Shown here piece by piece: positions 51,301 through 64,000 of a stretch of DNA of 64,000 nucleotides. Source of the DNA: Auanema rhodensis. Lineage: Eukaryota; Animalia; Nematoda. The position numbers and the translations under genes were made by a program. The stretch is taken from contig OZ059895.1 of NCBI GenBank assembly GCA_964057225.1, forward strand, positions 22,568,001 to 22,632,000, read 5' to 3'. Below the pieces are notes generated by a model that saw only the letters and a list, made by a program, of their open reading frames with translations, was not told the origin of the DNA and did no database searches. Positions within the stretch are counted from its first letter, which is position 1. Every line of letters begins with the position of its first letter.

Positions 51301-53378
51301 GATCATAACTAATTTTTGTATTAAGCGTTTCTCAATGTAGTATAGTGCATTCGATGCGGATTTTTAAGCTGCGTCGATCTGTGTTATCAGATTTGCGCTA
51401 GCTTAAAAATGCACCGAGATATCAACTGATATAAGTTCACACTTATATCCTCGATTTTCACCCTGAAGAATTAATTTTTTCGTTGAATAACATTGTCCAT
51501 CGTCTTTGCCATGAAAAAAGGAATCTAAAAACATCTACTTTTTGCTAAATTATTTTGAAATTTTTCGAAAAAATTTTTGTCAAAATGTTTTTGGAAGCAA
51601 TGTTGAGTGTACATGGAAACTCAACATACACTAATGCATCATTTTTCAAACGATCATAACTAATTTTTGTATTGAGCGTTTCTCAATGTAGTATAGTGCA
51701 TTCGATGCGGATTTTTAAGCTGCGTCGATCTGTGTTATCAGATTTGCGCTAGCTTAAAAATGCACCGAGATATCAACTGATATAAGTTCACACTTATATC
51801 CTCGATTTTCACCCTGAAGAATTAATTTTTTCGTTGAATAACATTGTCCATCGTCTTTGCCATGAAAAAAGGAATCTAAAAACATCTACTTTTTGCTAAA
51901 TTATTTTGAAATTTTTCGAAAAAATTTTTGTCAAAATGTTTTTGGAAGCAATGTTGAGTGTACATGGAAACTCAACATACACTAATGCATCATTTTTCAA
52001 ACGATCATAACTAATTTTTGTATTGAGCGTTTCTCAATATAGTATAGTGCATTCGATGCGGATTTTTAAGCAGCGTCGATCTGTGTTATCAGATTTGCAC
52101 TAGCTTAAAAATGCACCGAGATATCAACTGATATAAGTTCACACTTATATCCTCGATTTTCACCCTGAAGAATTAATTTTTTCGTTGAATAACATTGTCC
52201 ATCGTCTTTGCCTTGAAAAAAGGAATCTAAAAACATCTCCTTTTTGCTAAATTATTTTGAAATTTTTCGAAAAAATTTTTGTCAAAATGTTTTTGGAAGC
52301 AATGTTGAGTGTACATGGAAACTCAACATACACTAATGCATCATTTTTCAAACGATCATAACTAATTTTTGTATTAAGCGTTTCTCAATGTAGTATAGTG
52401 CATTCGATGCGGATTTTTAAGCTGCGTCGATCTGTGTTATCAGATTTGCGCTAGCTTAAAAATGCACCGAGATATCAACTGATATAAGTTCACACTTATA
52501 TCCTCGATTTTCACCCTGAAGAATTAATTTTTTCGTTGAATAACATTGTCCATCGTCTTTGCCTTGAAAAACGGAATCTAAAAACATCTACTTTTTGCTA
52601 AATTATTCTGAAATTTTTCGAAAAAATTTTTGTCAAAATGTTTTTGGAAGCAATGTTGAGTGTACATGGAAACTCAACATACACTAATGCATCATTTTTC
52701 AAACGATCATAACTAATTTTTGTATTAAGCGTTTCTCAATGTAGTATAGTGCATTCGATGCGGATTTTTAAGCTGCGTCGATCTGTGTTATCAGATTTGC
52801 GCTAGCTTAAAAATGCACCGAGATATCAACTGATATAAGTTCACACTTAGATCCTCGATTTTCACCCTGAAGAATTAATTTTTTCGTTGAATAACATTGT
52901 CCATCGTCTTTGCCTTGAAAAAAAAATCTGAAAACAACTACTTTTTGCTAAATTATTTTGAAATTTTTCGAAAAAATTTTTGTCAAAATGTTTTTGGAAG
53001 CAATGTTGAGTGTACATGGAAACTCAACATACACTAATGCATCATTTTTCAAACGATCATAACTAATTTTTGTATTAAGCGTTTCTCAATGTAGTATAGT
53101 GCATTCGATGCGGATTTTTAAGCTGCGTCGATCTGTGTTATCAGATTTGCGCTAGCTTAAAAATGCACCGAGATATCAACTGATATAAGTTCACACTTAT
53201 ATCCTCAATTTTCACCCTGAAGAATTAATTTTTTCGTTGAATAACATTGTCCATCGTCTTTGCCTTGAAAAAAGGAATCTAAAAACATCTACTTTTTGCT
53301 AAATTATTTTGAAATTTTTCGAAAAAATGTTTGTCAAAATGTTTTTGGAAGCAATGTTGAGTGTACATGGAAACTCAA
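43905..53378. repeat. Block duplication: 12 monomers (43905-48115) repeated at 49168-53378, offset 5263 bp (15 monomers)
   Basis: The order of monomer types is the same. The AATATAG/AAGCAGCG/TGCACTAG monomer starts at 46713 and 51976, and a shared chimeric monomer starts at 45309 and 50572 (both offsets 5263). Confidence 0.9.
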
Positions 53379-56300
53379 CATACACTAATGCATCATTTTT
53401 CAAACGATCATAACTAATTTTTGTATTAAGCGTTTCTCAATGTAGTATAGTGCATTCGATGCGGATTTTTAAGCTGCGTCGATCTGTGTTATCAGATTTG
53501 CGCTAGCTTAAAAATGCACCGAGATATCAACTGATATAAGTTCACACTTATATCCTCGATTTTCACCCTGAAGAATTAATTTTTTCGTTGAATAACAATG
53601 TCCATCGTATTTGCCTTGAAAAACGGAATCTAAAAACATCTACTTTTTGCTAAATTATTCTGAAATTTTTCGAAAAAATTTTTGTCAAAATGTTTTTGGA
53701 AGCAATGTTGAGTGTACATGGAAACTCAACATACACTAATGCATCATTTTTCAAACGATCATAACTAATTTTTGTATTAAGCGTTTCTCAATGTAGTATA
53801 GTGCATTCGATGCGGATTTTTAAGCTGCGTCGATCTGTGTTATCAGATTTGCGCTAGCTTAAAAATGCACCGAGATATCAACTGATATAAGTTCACACTT
53901 ATATCCTCGATTTTCACCCTGAAGAATTAATTTTTTCGTTGAATAACATTGTCCATCGTCTTTGCCTTGAAAAAAGGAATCTAAAAACATCTACTTTTTG
54001 CTAAATTATTTTGAAATTTTTCGAAAAAATTTTTGTCAAAATGTTTTTGGAAGCAATGTTGAGTGTACATGGAAACTCAACATACACTAATGCATCATTT
54101 TTCAAACGATCATAACTAATTTTTGTATTAAGCGTTTCTCAATGTAGTATAGTGCATTCGATGCGGATTTTTAAGCTGCGTCGATCTGTGTTATCAGATT
54201 TGCGCTAGCTTAAAAATGCACCGAGATATCAACTGATATAAGTTCACACTTAGATCCTCGATTTTCACCCTGAAGAATTAATTTTTTCGTTGAATAACAT
54301 TGTCCATCGTCTTTGCCTTGAAAAAAAAATCTGAAAACAACTACTTTTTGCTAAATTATTTTGAAATTTTTCGAAAAAATTTTTGTCAAAATGTTTTTGG
54401 AAGCAATGTTGAGTGTACATGGAAACTCAACATACACTAATGCATCATTTTTCAAACGATCATAACTAATTTTTGTATTAAGCGTTTCTCAATGTAGTAT
54501 AGTGCATTCGATGCGGATTTTTAAGCTGCGTCGATCTGTGTTATCAGATTTGCGCTAGCTTAAAAATGCACCGAGATATCAACTGATATAAGTTCACACT
54601 TATATCCTCGATTTTCACCCTGAAGAATTAATTTTTTCGTTGAATAACAATGTCCATCGTATTTGCCTTGAAAAACGGAATCTAAAAACATCTACTTTTT
54701 GCTAAATTATTCTGAAATTTTTCGAAAAAATTTTTGTCAAAATGTTTTTGGAAGCAATGTTGAGTGTACATGGAAACTCAACATACACTAATGCATCATT
54801 TTTCAAACGATCATAACTAATTTTTGTATTAAGCGTTTCTCAATGTAGTATAGTGCATTCGATGCGGATTTTTAAGCTGCGTCGATCTGTGTTATCAGAT
54901 TTGCGCTAGCTTAAAAATGCACCGAGATATCAACTGATATAAGTTCACACTTATATCCTCGATTTTCACCCTGAAGAATTAATTTTTTCGTTGAATAACA
55001 ATGTCCATCGTATTTGCCTTGAAAAACGGAATCTAAAAACATCTACTTTTTGCTAAATTATTCTGAAATTTTTCGAAAAAATTTTTGTCAAAATGTTTTT
55101 GGAAGCAATGTTGAGTGTACATGGAAACTCAACATACACTAATGCATCATTTTTCAAACGATCATAACTAATTTTTGTATTAAGCGTTTCTCAATGTAGT
55201 ATAGTGCATTCGATGCGGATTTTTAAGCTGCGTCGATCTGTGTTATCAGATTTGCGCTAGCTTAAAAATGCACCGAGATATCAACTGATATAAGTTCACA
55301 CTTATATCCTCGATTTTCACCCTGAAGAATTAATTTTTTCGTTGAATAACATTGTCCATCGTCTTTGCCTTGAAAAAAAAATCTGAAAACAACTACTTTT
55401 TGCTAAATTATTTTGAAATTTTTCGAAAAAATTTTTGTCAAAATGTTTTTGGAAGCAATGTTGAGTGTACATGGAAACTCAACATACACTAATGCATCAT
55501 TTTTCAAACGATCATAACTAATTTTTGTATTAAGCGTTTCTCAATGTAGTATAGTGCATTCGATGCGGATTTTTAAGCTGCGTCGATCTGTGTTATCAGA
55601 TTTGCGCTAGCTTAAAAATGCACCGAGATATCAACTGATATAAGTTCACACTTATATCCTCGATTTTCACCCTGAAGAATTAATTTTTTCGTTGAATAAC
55701 AATGTCCATCGTATTTGCCTTGAAAAACGGAATCTAAAAACATCTACTTTTTGCTAAGTTATTCTGAAATTTTTCGAAAAAATTTTTGTCAAAATGTTTT
55801 TGGAAGCAATGTTGAGTGTACATGGAAACTCAACATACACTAATGCATCATTTTTCAAACGATCATAACTAATTTTTGTATTAAGCGTTTCTCAATGTAG
55901 TATAGTGCATTCGATGCGGATTTTTAAGCTGCGTCGATCTGTGTTATCAGATTTGCGCTAGCTTAAAAATGCACCGAGATATCAACTGATATAAGTTCAC
56001 ACTTATATCCTCGATTTTCACCCTGAAGAATTAATTTTTTCGTTGAATAACATTGTCCATCGTCTTTGCCTTGAAAAAAAAATCTGAAAACAACTACTTT
56101 TTGCTAAATTATTTTGAAATTTTTCGAAAAAATTTTTGTCAAAATGTTTTTGGAAGCAATGTTGAGTGTACATGGAAACTCAATATACACTAATGCATCA
56201 TTTTTCAAACGATCATAACTAATTTTTGTATTAAGCGTTTCTCAATGTAGTATAGTGCATTCGATGCGGATTTTTAAGCTGCGTCGATCTGTGTTATCAG

Positions 56301-57937
56301 ATTTGCGCTAGCTTAAAAATGCACCGAGATATCAACTGATATAAGTTCACACTTATATCCTCGATTTTCACCCTGAAGAATTAATTTTTTCGTTGAATAA
56401 CAATGTCCATCGTATTTGCCTTGAAAAACGGAATCTAAAAACATCTACTTTTTGCTAAATTATTTTGAAATTTTTCGAAAAAATTTTTGTCAAAATGTTT
56501 TTGGAAGCAATGTTGAGTGTACATGGAAACTCAACATACACTAATGCATCATTTTTCAAACGATCATAACTAATTTTTGTATTAAGCGTTTCTCAATGTA
56601 GTATAGTGCATTCGATGCGGATTTTTAAGCTGCGTCGATCTGTGTTATCAGATTTGCGCTAGCTTAAAAATGCACCGAGATATCAACTGATATAAGTTCA
56701 CACTTAGATCCTCGATTTTCACCCTGAAGAATTAATTTTTTCGTTGAATAACATTGTCCATCGTCTTTGCCTTGAAAAAAGGAATCTAAAAACATCTACT
56801 TTTTGCTAAATTATTTTGAAATTTTTCGAAAAAATTTTTGTCAAAATGTTTTTGGAAGCAATGTTGAGTGTACATGGAAACTCAACATACACTAATGCAT
56901 CATTTTTCAAACGATCATAACTAATTTTTGTATTAAGCGTTTCTCAATGTAGTATAGTGCATTCGATGCGGATTTTTAAGCTGCGTCGATCTGTGTTATC
57001 AGATTTGCGCTAGCTTAAAAATGCACCGAGATATCAACTGATATAAGTTCACACTTAGATCCTCGATTTTCACCCTGAAGAATTAATTTTTTCGTTGAAT
57101 AACATTGTCCATCGTCTTTGCCTTGAAAAAAAAATCTGAAAACAACTACTTTTTGCTAAATTATTTTGAAATTTTTCGAAAAAATTTTTGTCAAAATGTT
57201 TTTGGAAGCAATGTTGAGTGTACATGGAAACTCAACATACACTAATGCATCATTTTTCAAACGATCATAACTAATTTTTGTATTAAGCGTTTCTCAATGT
57301 AGTATAGTGCATTCGATGCGGATTTTTAAGCTGCGTCGATCTGTGTTATCAGATTTGCGCTAGCTTAAAAATGCACCGAGATATCAACTGATATAAGTTC
57401 ACACTTATATCCTCGATTTTCACCCTGAAGAATTAATTTTTTCGTTGAATAACAATGTCCATCGTCTTTGCCTTGAAAAAAGGAATCTAAAAACATCTAC
57501 TTTTTGCTAAATTATTCTGAAATTTTTCGAAAAAATTTTTGTCAAAATGTTTTTGGAAGCAATGTTGAGTGTACATGGAAACTCAACATACACTAATGCA
57601 TCATTTTTCAAACGATCATAACTAATTTTTGTATTAAGCGTTTCTCAATGTAGTATAGTGCATTCGATGCGGATTTTTAAGCTGCGTCGATCTGTGTTAT
57701 CAGATTTGCGCTAGCTTAAAAATGCACCGAGATATCAACTGATATAAGTTCACACTTAGATCCTCGATTTTCACCCTGAAGAATTAATTTTTTCGTTGAA
57801 TAACATTGTCCATCGTCTTTGCCTTGAAAAAAGGAATCTAAAAACATCTACTTTTTGCTAAATTATTCTGAAATTTTTCGAAAAAATTTTTGTCAAAATG
57901 TTTTTGGAAGCAATGTTGAGTGTACATGGAAACTCAA

Positions 57938-60900
57938 CATACACTAATGCATCATTTTTCAAACGATCATAACTAATTTTTGTATTAAGCGTTTCTCAAT
58001 GTAGTATAGTGCATTCGATGCGGATTTTTAAGCTGCGTCGATCTGTGTTATCAGATTTGCGCTAGCTTAAAAATGCACCGAGATATCAACTGATATAAGT
58101 TCACACTTAGATCCTCGATTTTCACCCTGAAGAATTAATTTTTTCGTTGAATAACATTGTCCATCGTCTTTGCCTTGAAAAAAAAATCTGAAAACAACTA
58201 CTTTTTGCTAAATTATTTTGAAATTTTTCGAAAAAATTTTTGTCAAAATGTTTTTGGAAGCAATGTTGAGTGTACATGGAAACTCAACATACACTAATGC
58301 ATCATTTTTCAAACGATCATAACTAATTTTTGTATTAAGCGTTTCTCAATGTAGTATAGTGCATTCGATGCGGATTTTTAAGCTGCGTCGATCTGTGTTA
58401 TCAGATTTGCGCTAGCTTAAAAATGCACCGAGATATCAACTGATATAAGTTCACACTTATATCCTCAATTTTCACCCTGAAGAATTAATTTTTTCGTTGA
58501 ATAACATTGTCCATCGTCTTTGCCTTGAAAAAAGGAATCTAAAAACATCTACTTTTTGCTAAATTATTTTGAAATTTTTCGAAAAAATTTTTGTCAAAAT
58601 GTTTTTGGAAGCAATGTTGAGTGTACATGGAAACTCAACATACACTAATGCATCATTTTTCAAACGATCATAACTAATTTTTGTATTAAGCGTTTCTCAA
58701 TGTAGTATAGTGCATTCGATGCGGATTTTTAAGCTGCGTCGATCTGTGTTATCAGATTTGCGCTAGCTTAAAAATGCACCGAGATATCAACTGATATAAG
58801 TTCACACTTATATCCTCGATTTTCACCCTGAAGAATTAATTTTTTCGTTGAATAACATTGTCCATCGTCTTTGCCTTGAAAAAAGGAATCTAAAAACATC
58901 TACTTTTTGCTAAATTATTTTGAAATTTTTCGAAAAAATTTTTGTCAAAATGTTTTTGGAAGCAATGTTGAGTGTACATGGAAACTCAACATACACTAAT
59001 GCATCATTTTTCAAACGATCATAACTAATTTTTGTATTAAGCGTTTCTCAATGTAGTATAGTGCATTCGATGCGGATTTTTAAGCTGCGTCGATCTGTGT
59101 TATCAGATTTGCGCTAGCTTAAAAATGCACCGAGATATCAACTGATATAAGTTCACACTTAGATCCTCGATTTTCACCCTGAAGAATTAATTTTTTCGTT
59201 GAATAACATTGTCCATCGTCTTTGCCTTGAAAAAAAAATCTGAAAACAACTACTTTTTGCTAAATTATTTTGAAATTTTTCGAAAAAATTTTTGTCAAAA
59301 TGTTTTTGGAAGCAATGTTGAGTGTACATGGAAACTCAACATACACTAATGCATCATTTTTCAAACGATCATAACTAATTTTTGTATTAAGCGTTTCTCA
59401 ATGTAGTATAGTGCATTCGATGCGGATTTTTAAGCTGCGTCGATCTGTGTTATCAGATTTGCGCTAGCTTAAAAATGCACCGAGATATCAACTGATATAA
59501 GTTCACACTTATATCCTCAATTTTCACCCTGAAGAATTAATTTTTTCGTTGAATAACATTGTCCATCGTCTTTGCCTTGAAAAAAGGAATCTAAAAACAT
59601 CTACTTTTTGCTAAATTATTTTGAAATTTTTCGAAAAAATTTTTGTCAAAATGTTTTTGGAAGCAATGTTGAGTGTACATGGAAACTCAACATACACTAA
59701 TGCATCATTTTTCAAACGATCATAACTAATTTTTGTATTACGCGTTTCTCAATGTAGTATAGTGCATTCGATGCGGATTTTTAAGCTGCGTCGATCTGTG
59801 TTATCAGATTTGCGCTAGCTTAAAAATGCACCGAGATATCAACTGATATAAGTTCACACTTATATCCTCGATTTTCACCCTGAAGAATTAATTTTTTCGT
59901 TGAATAACATTGTCCATCGTCTTTGCCTTGAAAAAAGGAATCTAAAAACATCTACTTTTTGCTAAATTATTTTGAAATTTTTCGAAAAAATTTTTGTCAA
60001 AATGTTTTTGGAAGCAATGTTGAGTGTACATGGAAACTCAACATACACTAATGCATCATTTTTCAAACGATCATAACTAATTTTTGTATTAAGCGTTTCT
60101 CAATGTAGTATAGTGCATTCGATGCGGATTTTTAAGCTGCGTCGATCTGTGTTATCAGATTTGCGCTAGCTTAAAAATGCACCGAGATATCAACTGATAT
60201 AAGTTCACACTTAGATCCTCGATTTTCACCCTGAAGAATTAATTTTTTCGTTGAATAACATTGTCCATCGTCTTTGCCTTGAAAAAAAAATCTGAAAACA
60301 ACTACTTTTTGCTAAATTATTTTGAAATTTTTCGAAAAAATTTTTGTCAAAATGTTTTTGGAAGCAATGTTGAGTGTACATGGAAACTCAACATACACTA
60401 ATGCATCATTTTTCAAACGATCATAACTAATTTTTGTATTAAGCGTTTCTCAATGTAGTATAGTGCATTCGATGCGGATTTTTAAGCTGCGTCGATCTGT
60501 GTTATCAGATTTGCGCTAGCTTAAAAATGCACCGAGATATCAACTGATATAAGTTCACACTTATATCCTCAATTTTCACCCTGAAGAATTAATTTTTTCG
60601 TTGAATAACATTGTCCATCGTCTTTGCCTTGAAAAAAGGAATCTAAAAACATCTACTTTTTGCTAAATTATTTTGAAATTTTTCGAAAAAATTTTTGTCA
60701 AAATGTTTTTGGAAGCAATGTTGAGTGTACATGGAAACTCAACATACACTAATGCATCATTTTTCAAACGATCATAACTAATTTTTGTATTAAGCGTTTC
60801 TCAATGTAGTATAGTGCATTCGATGCGGATTTTTAAGCTGCGTCGATCTGTGTTATCAGATTTGCGCTAGCTTAAAAATGCACCGAGATATCAACTGATA

Positions 60901-61443
60901 TAAGTTCACACTTATATCCTCGATTTTCACCCTGAAGAATTAATTTTTTCGTTGAATAACAATGTCCATCGTATTTGCCTTGAAAAACGGAATCTAAAAA
61001 CATCTACTTTTTGCTAAATTATTCTGAAATTTTTCGAAAAAATTTTTGTCAAAATGTTTTTGGAAGCAATGTTGAGTGTACATGGAAACTCAACATACAC
61101 TAATGCATCATTTTTCAAACGATCATAACTAATTTTTGTATTAAGCGTTTCTCAATGTAGTATAGTGCATTCGATGCGGATTTTTAAGCTGCGTCGATCT
61201 GTGTTATCAGATTTGCGCTAGCTTAAAAATGCACCGAGATATCAACTGATATAAGTTCACACTTAGATCCTCGATTTTCACCCTGAAGAATTAATTTTTT
61301 CGTTGAATAACATTGTCCATCGTCTTTGCCTTGAAAAAAAAATCTGAAAACAACTACTTTTTGCTAAATTATTTTGAAATTTTTCGAAAAAATTTTTGTC
61401 AAAATGTTTTTGGAAGCAATGTTGAGTGTACATGGAAACTCAA
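57938..61443. repeat. Local 3-monomer repeat, period 1052 bp
   Basis: The 350-bp TTAGATC/A9/CAACTAC monomer starts at 57938, 58990, 60042 and 61094. The first three are each followed by a CTCAA/GG monomer. Confidence 0.85.
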
Positions 61444-64000
61444 CATACACTAATGCATCATTTTTCAAACGATCATAACTAATTTTTGTATTAAGCGTTT
61501 CTCAATGTAGTATAGTGCATTCGATGCGGATTTTTAAGCTGCGTCGATCTGTGTTATCAGATTTGCGCTAGCTTAAAAATGCACCGAGATATCAACTGAT
61601 ATAAGTTCACACTTATATCCTCGATTTTCACCCTGAAGAATTAATTTTTTCGTTGAATAACATTGTCCATCGTCTTTGCCTTGAAAAAAGGAATCTAAAA
61701 ACATCTCCTTTTTGCTAAATTATTTTGAAATTTTTCGAAAAAATTTTTGTCAAAATGTTTTTGGAAGCAATGTTGAGTGTACATGGAAACTCAACATACA
61801 CTAATGCATCATTTTTCAAACGATCATAACTAATTTTTGTATTGAGCGTTTCTCAATGTAGTATAGTGCATTCGATGCGGATTTTTAAGCTGCGTCGATC
61901 TGTGTTATCAGATTTGCGCTAGCTTAAAAATGCACCGAGATATCAACTGATATAAGTTCACACTTATATCCTCGATTTTCACCCTGAAGAATTAATTTTT
62001 TCGTTGAATAACATTGTCCATCGTCTTTGCCTTGAAAAAAGGAATCTAAAAACATCTACTTTTTGCTAAATTATTTCGAAATTTTTCGAAAAAATTTTTG
62101 TCAAAATGTTTTTGGAAGCAATGTTGAGTGTACATGGAAACTCAACATACACTAATGCATCATTTTTCAAACGATCATAACTAATTTTTGTATTAAGCGT
62201 TTCTCAATGTAGTATAGTGCATTCGATGCGGATTTTTAAGCTGCGTCGATCTGTGTTATCAGATTTGCGCTAGCTTAAAAATGCACCGAGATATCAACTG
62301 ATATAAGTTCACACTTATATCCTCAATTTTCACCCTGAAGAATTAATTTTTTCGTTGAATAACATTGTCCATCGTCTTTGCCTTGAAAAAAGGAATCTAA
62401 AAACATCTACTTTTTGCTAAATTATTTTGAAATTTTTCGAAAAAATTTTTGTCAAAATGTTTTTGGAAGCAATGTTGAGTGTACATGGAAACTCAACATA
62501 CACTAATGCATCATTTTTCAAACGATCATAACTAATTTTTGTATTAAGCGTTTCTCAATGTAGTATAGTGCATTCGATGCGGATTTTTAAGCTGCGTCGA
62601 TCTGTGTTATCAGATTTGCGCTAGCTTAAAAATGCACCGAGATATCAACTGATATAAGTTCACACTTATATCCTCGATTTTCACCCTGAAGAATTAATTT
62701 TTTCGTTGAATAACAATGTCCATCGTATTTGCCTTGAAAAACGGAATCTAAAAACATCTACTTTTTGCTAAATTATTCTGAAATTTTTCGAAAAAATTTT
62801 TGTCAAAATGTTTTTGGAAGCAATGTTGAGTGTACATGGAAACTCAACATACACTAATGCATCATTTTTCAAACGATCATAACTAATTTTTGTATTAAGC
62901 GTTTCTCAATGTAGTATAGTGCATTCGATGCGGATTTTTAAGCTGCGTCGATCTGTGTTATCAGATTTGCGCTAGCTTAAAAATGCACCGAGATATCAAC
63001 TGATATAAGTTCACACTTATATCCTCGATTTTCACCCTGAAGAATTAATTTTTTCGTTGAATAACATTGTCCATCGTCTTTGCCTTGAAAAAAGGAATCT
63101 AAAAACATCTACTTTTTGCTAAATTATTTTGAAATTTTTCGAAAAAATTTTTGTCAAAATGTTTTTGGAAGCAATGTTGAGTGTACATGGAAACTCAACA
63201 TACACTAATGCATCATTTTTCAAACGATCATAACTAATTTTTGTATTAAGCGTTTCTCAATGTAGTATAGTGCATTCGATGCGGATTTTTAAGCTGCGTC
63301 GATCTGTGTTATCAGATTTGCGCTAGCTTAAAAATGCACCGAGATATCAACTGATATAAGTTCACACTTATATCCTCGATTTTCACCCTGAAGAATTAAT
63401 TTTTTCGTTGAATAACATTGTCCATCGTCTTTGCCTTGAAAAAAGGAATCTAAAAACATCTCCTTTTTGCTAAATTATTTTGAAATTTTTCGAAAAAATT
63501 TTTGTCAAAATGTTTTTGGAAGCAATGTTGAGTGTACATGGAAACTCAACATACACTAATGCATCATTTTTCAAACGATCATAACTAATTTTTGTATTAA
63601 GCGTTTCTCAATGTAGTATAGTGCATTCGATGCGGATTTTTAAGCTGCGTCGATCTGTGTTATCAGATTTGCGCTAGCTTAAAAATGCACCGAGATATCA
63701 ACTGATATAAGTTCACACTTATATCCTCGATTTTCACCCTGAAGAATTAATTTTTTCGTTGAATAACATTGTCCATCGTCTTTGCCTTGAAAAAAGGAAT
63801 CTAAAAACATCTACTTTTTGCTAAATTATTTTGAAATTTTTCGAAAAAATTTTTGTCAAAATGTTTTTGGAAGCAATGTTGAGTGTACATGGAAACTCAA
63901 CATACACTAATGCATCATTTTTCAAACGATCATAACTAATTTTTGTATTAAGCGTTTCTCAATGTAGTATAGTGCATTCGATGCGGATTTTTAAGCTGCG

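Larger units (their letters stand above)
1..64000. repeat. Tandem satellite DNA array, 351-bp AT-rich monomer (182 full copies plus 100 bp partial), continuing beyond both window edges
   Basis: The motif CATACACTAATGCATC recurs at 1, 352, 702, 1053, 1404 ... 63550, 63901. Length bookkeeping closes exactly: 182x351, +46 for two 23-bp duplications, +2 for two 352-bp monomers, -30 for monomers with A9 instead of A10 = 63900. Monomer 1 has 109/351 G+C. No non-satellite sequence or inverted monomer was seen. Confidence 0.99.

Noticed and set aside
1-64000. CRISPR array, or a repeat/spacer or cassette system
   Set aside because: The short palindromes are separated by identical sequence in every unit. 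There are no unique spacers and no associated genes.
1-64000. A single regular higher-order repeat across the window, or a pure assembly artefact
   Set aside because: Periods vary locally (3, 4, 5, 7, 15, 23 monomers). Consistent linked haplotypes and private differences between duplicated blocks argue for real structure, although individual duplications need read validation.

Overview
The whole 64-kb window is one uninterrupted head-to-tail tandem array of an AT-rich (about 31% GC, counted on monomer 1) satellite with a 351-bp monomer. There are 182 complete monomers plus a 100-bp partial at the end, all in the same orientation and differing from each other by only a few substitutions. I see no genes, RNA genes, transposon insertions, CRISPR spacers or unique DNA, and the three listed ORFs are chance products of single-base changes in the monomer. 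This looks like eukaryotic (peri)centromeric or heterochromatic satellite DNA, and the lack of CpG depletion fits an invertebrate, but I do not recognise the family or species. The information is in the structure: (1) each monomer has five or six inverted repeats, including a ~51-bp hairpin with perfect 11-bp outer arms; (2) diagnostic variants reveal nested local higher-order duplications with periods of 3, 4, 5, 7, 15 and 23 monomers; (3) there is a sharp subfamily turnover at ~16.3-16.9 kb and a weaker one at ~52-53 kb; (4) a 23-bp internal duplication occurs in two monomers; (5) several monomers are chimeric and mark crossover points; (6) the poly-A tract is interrupted stepwise; (7) CpG transitions appear to be strand-biased. 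I found no support for a new protein-coding system. All counts were made by eye and should be confirmed by alignment.
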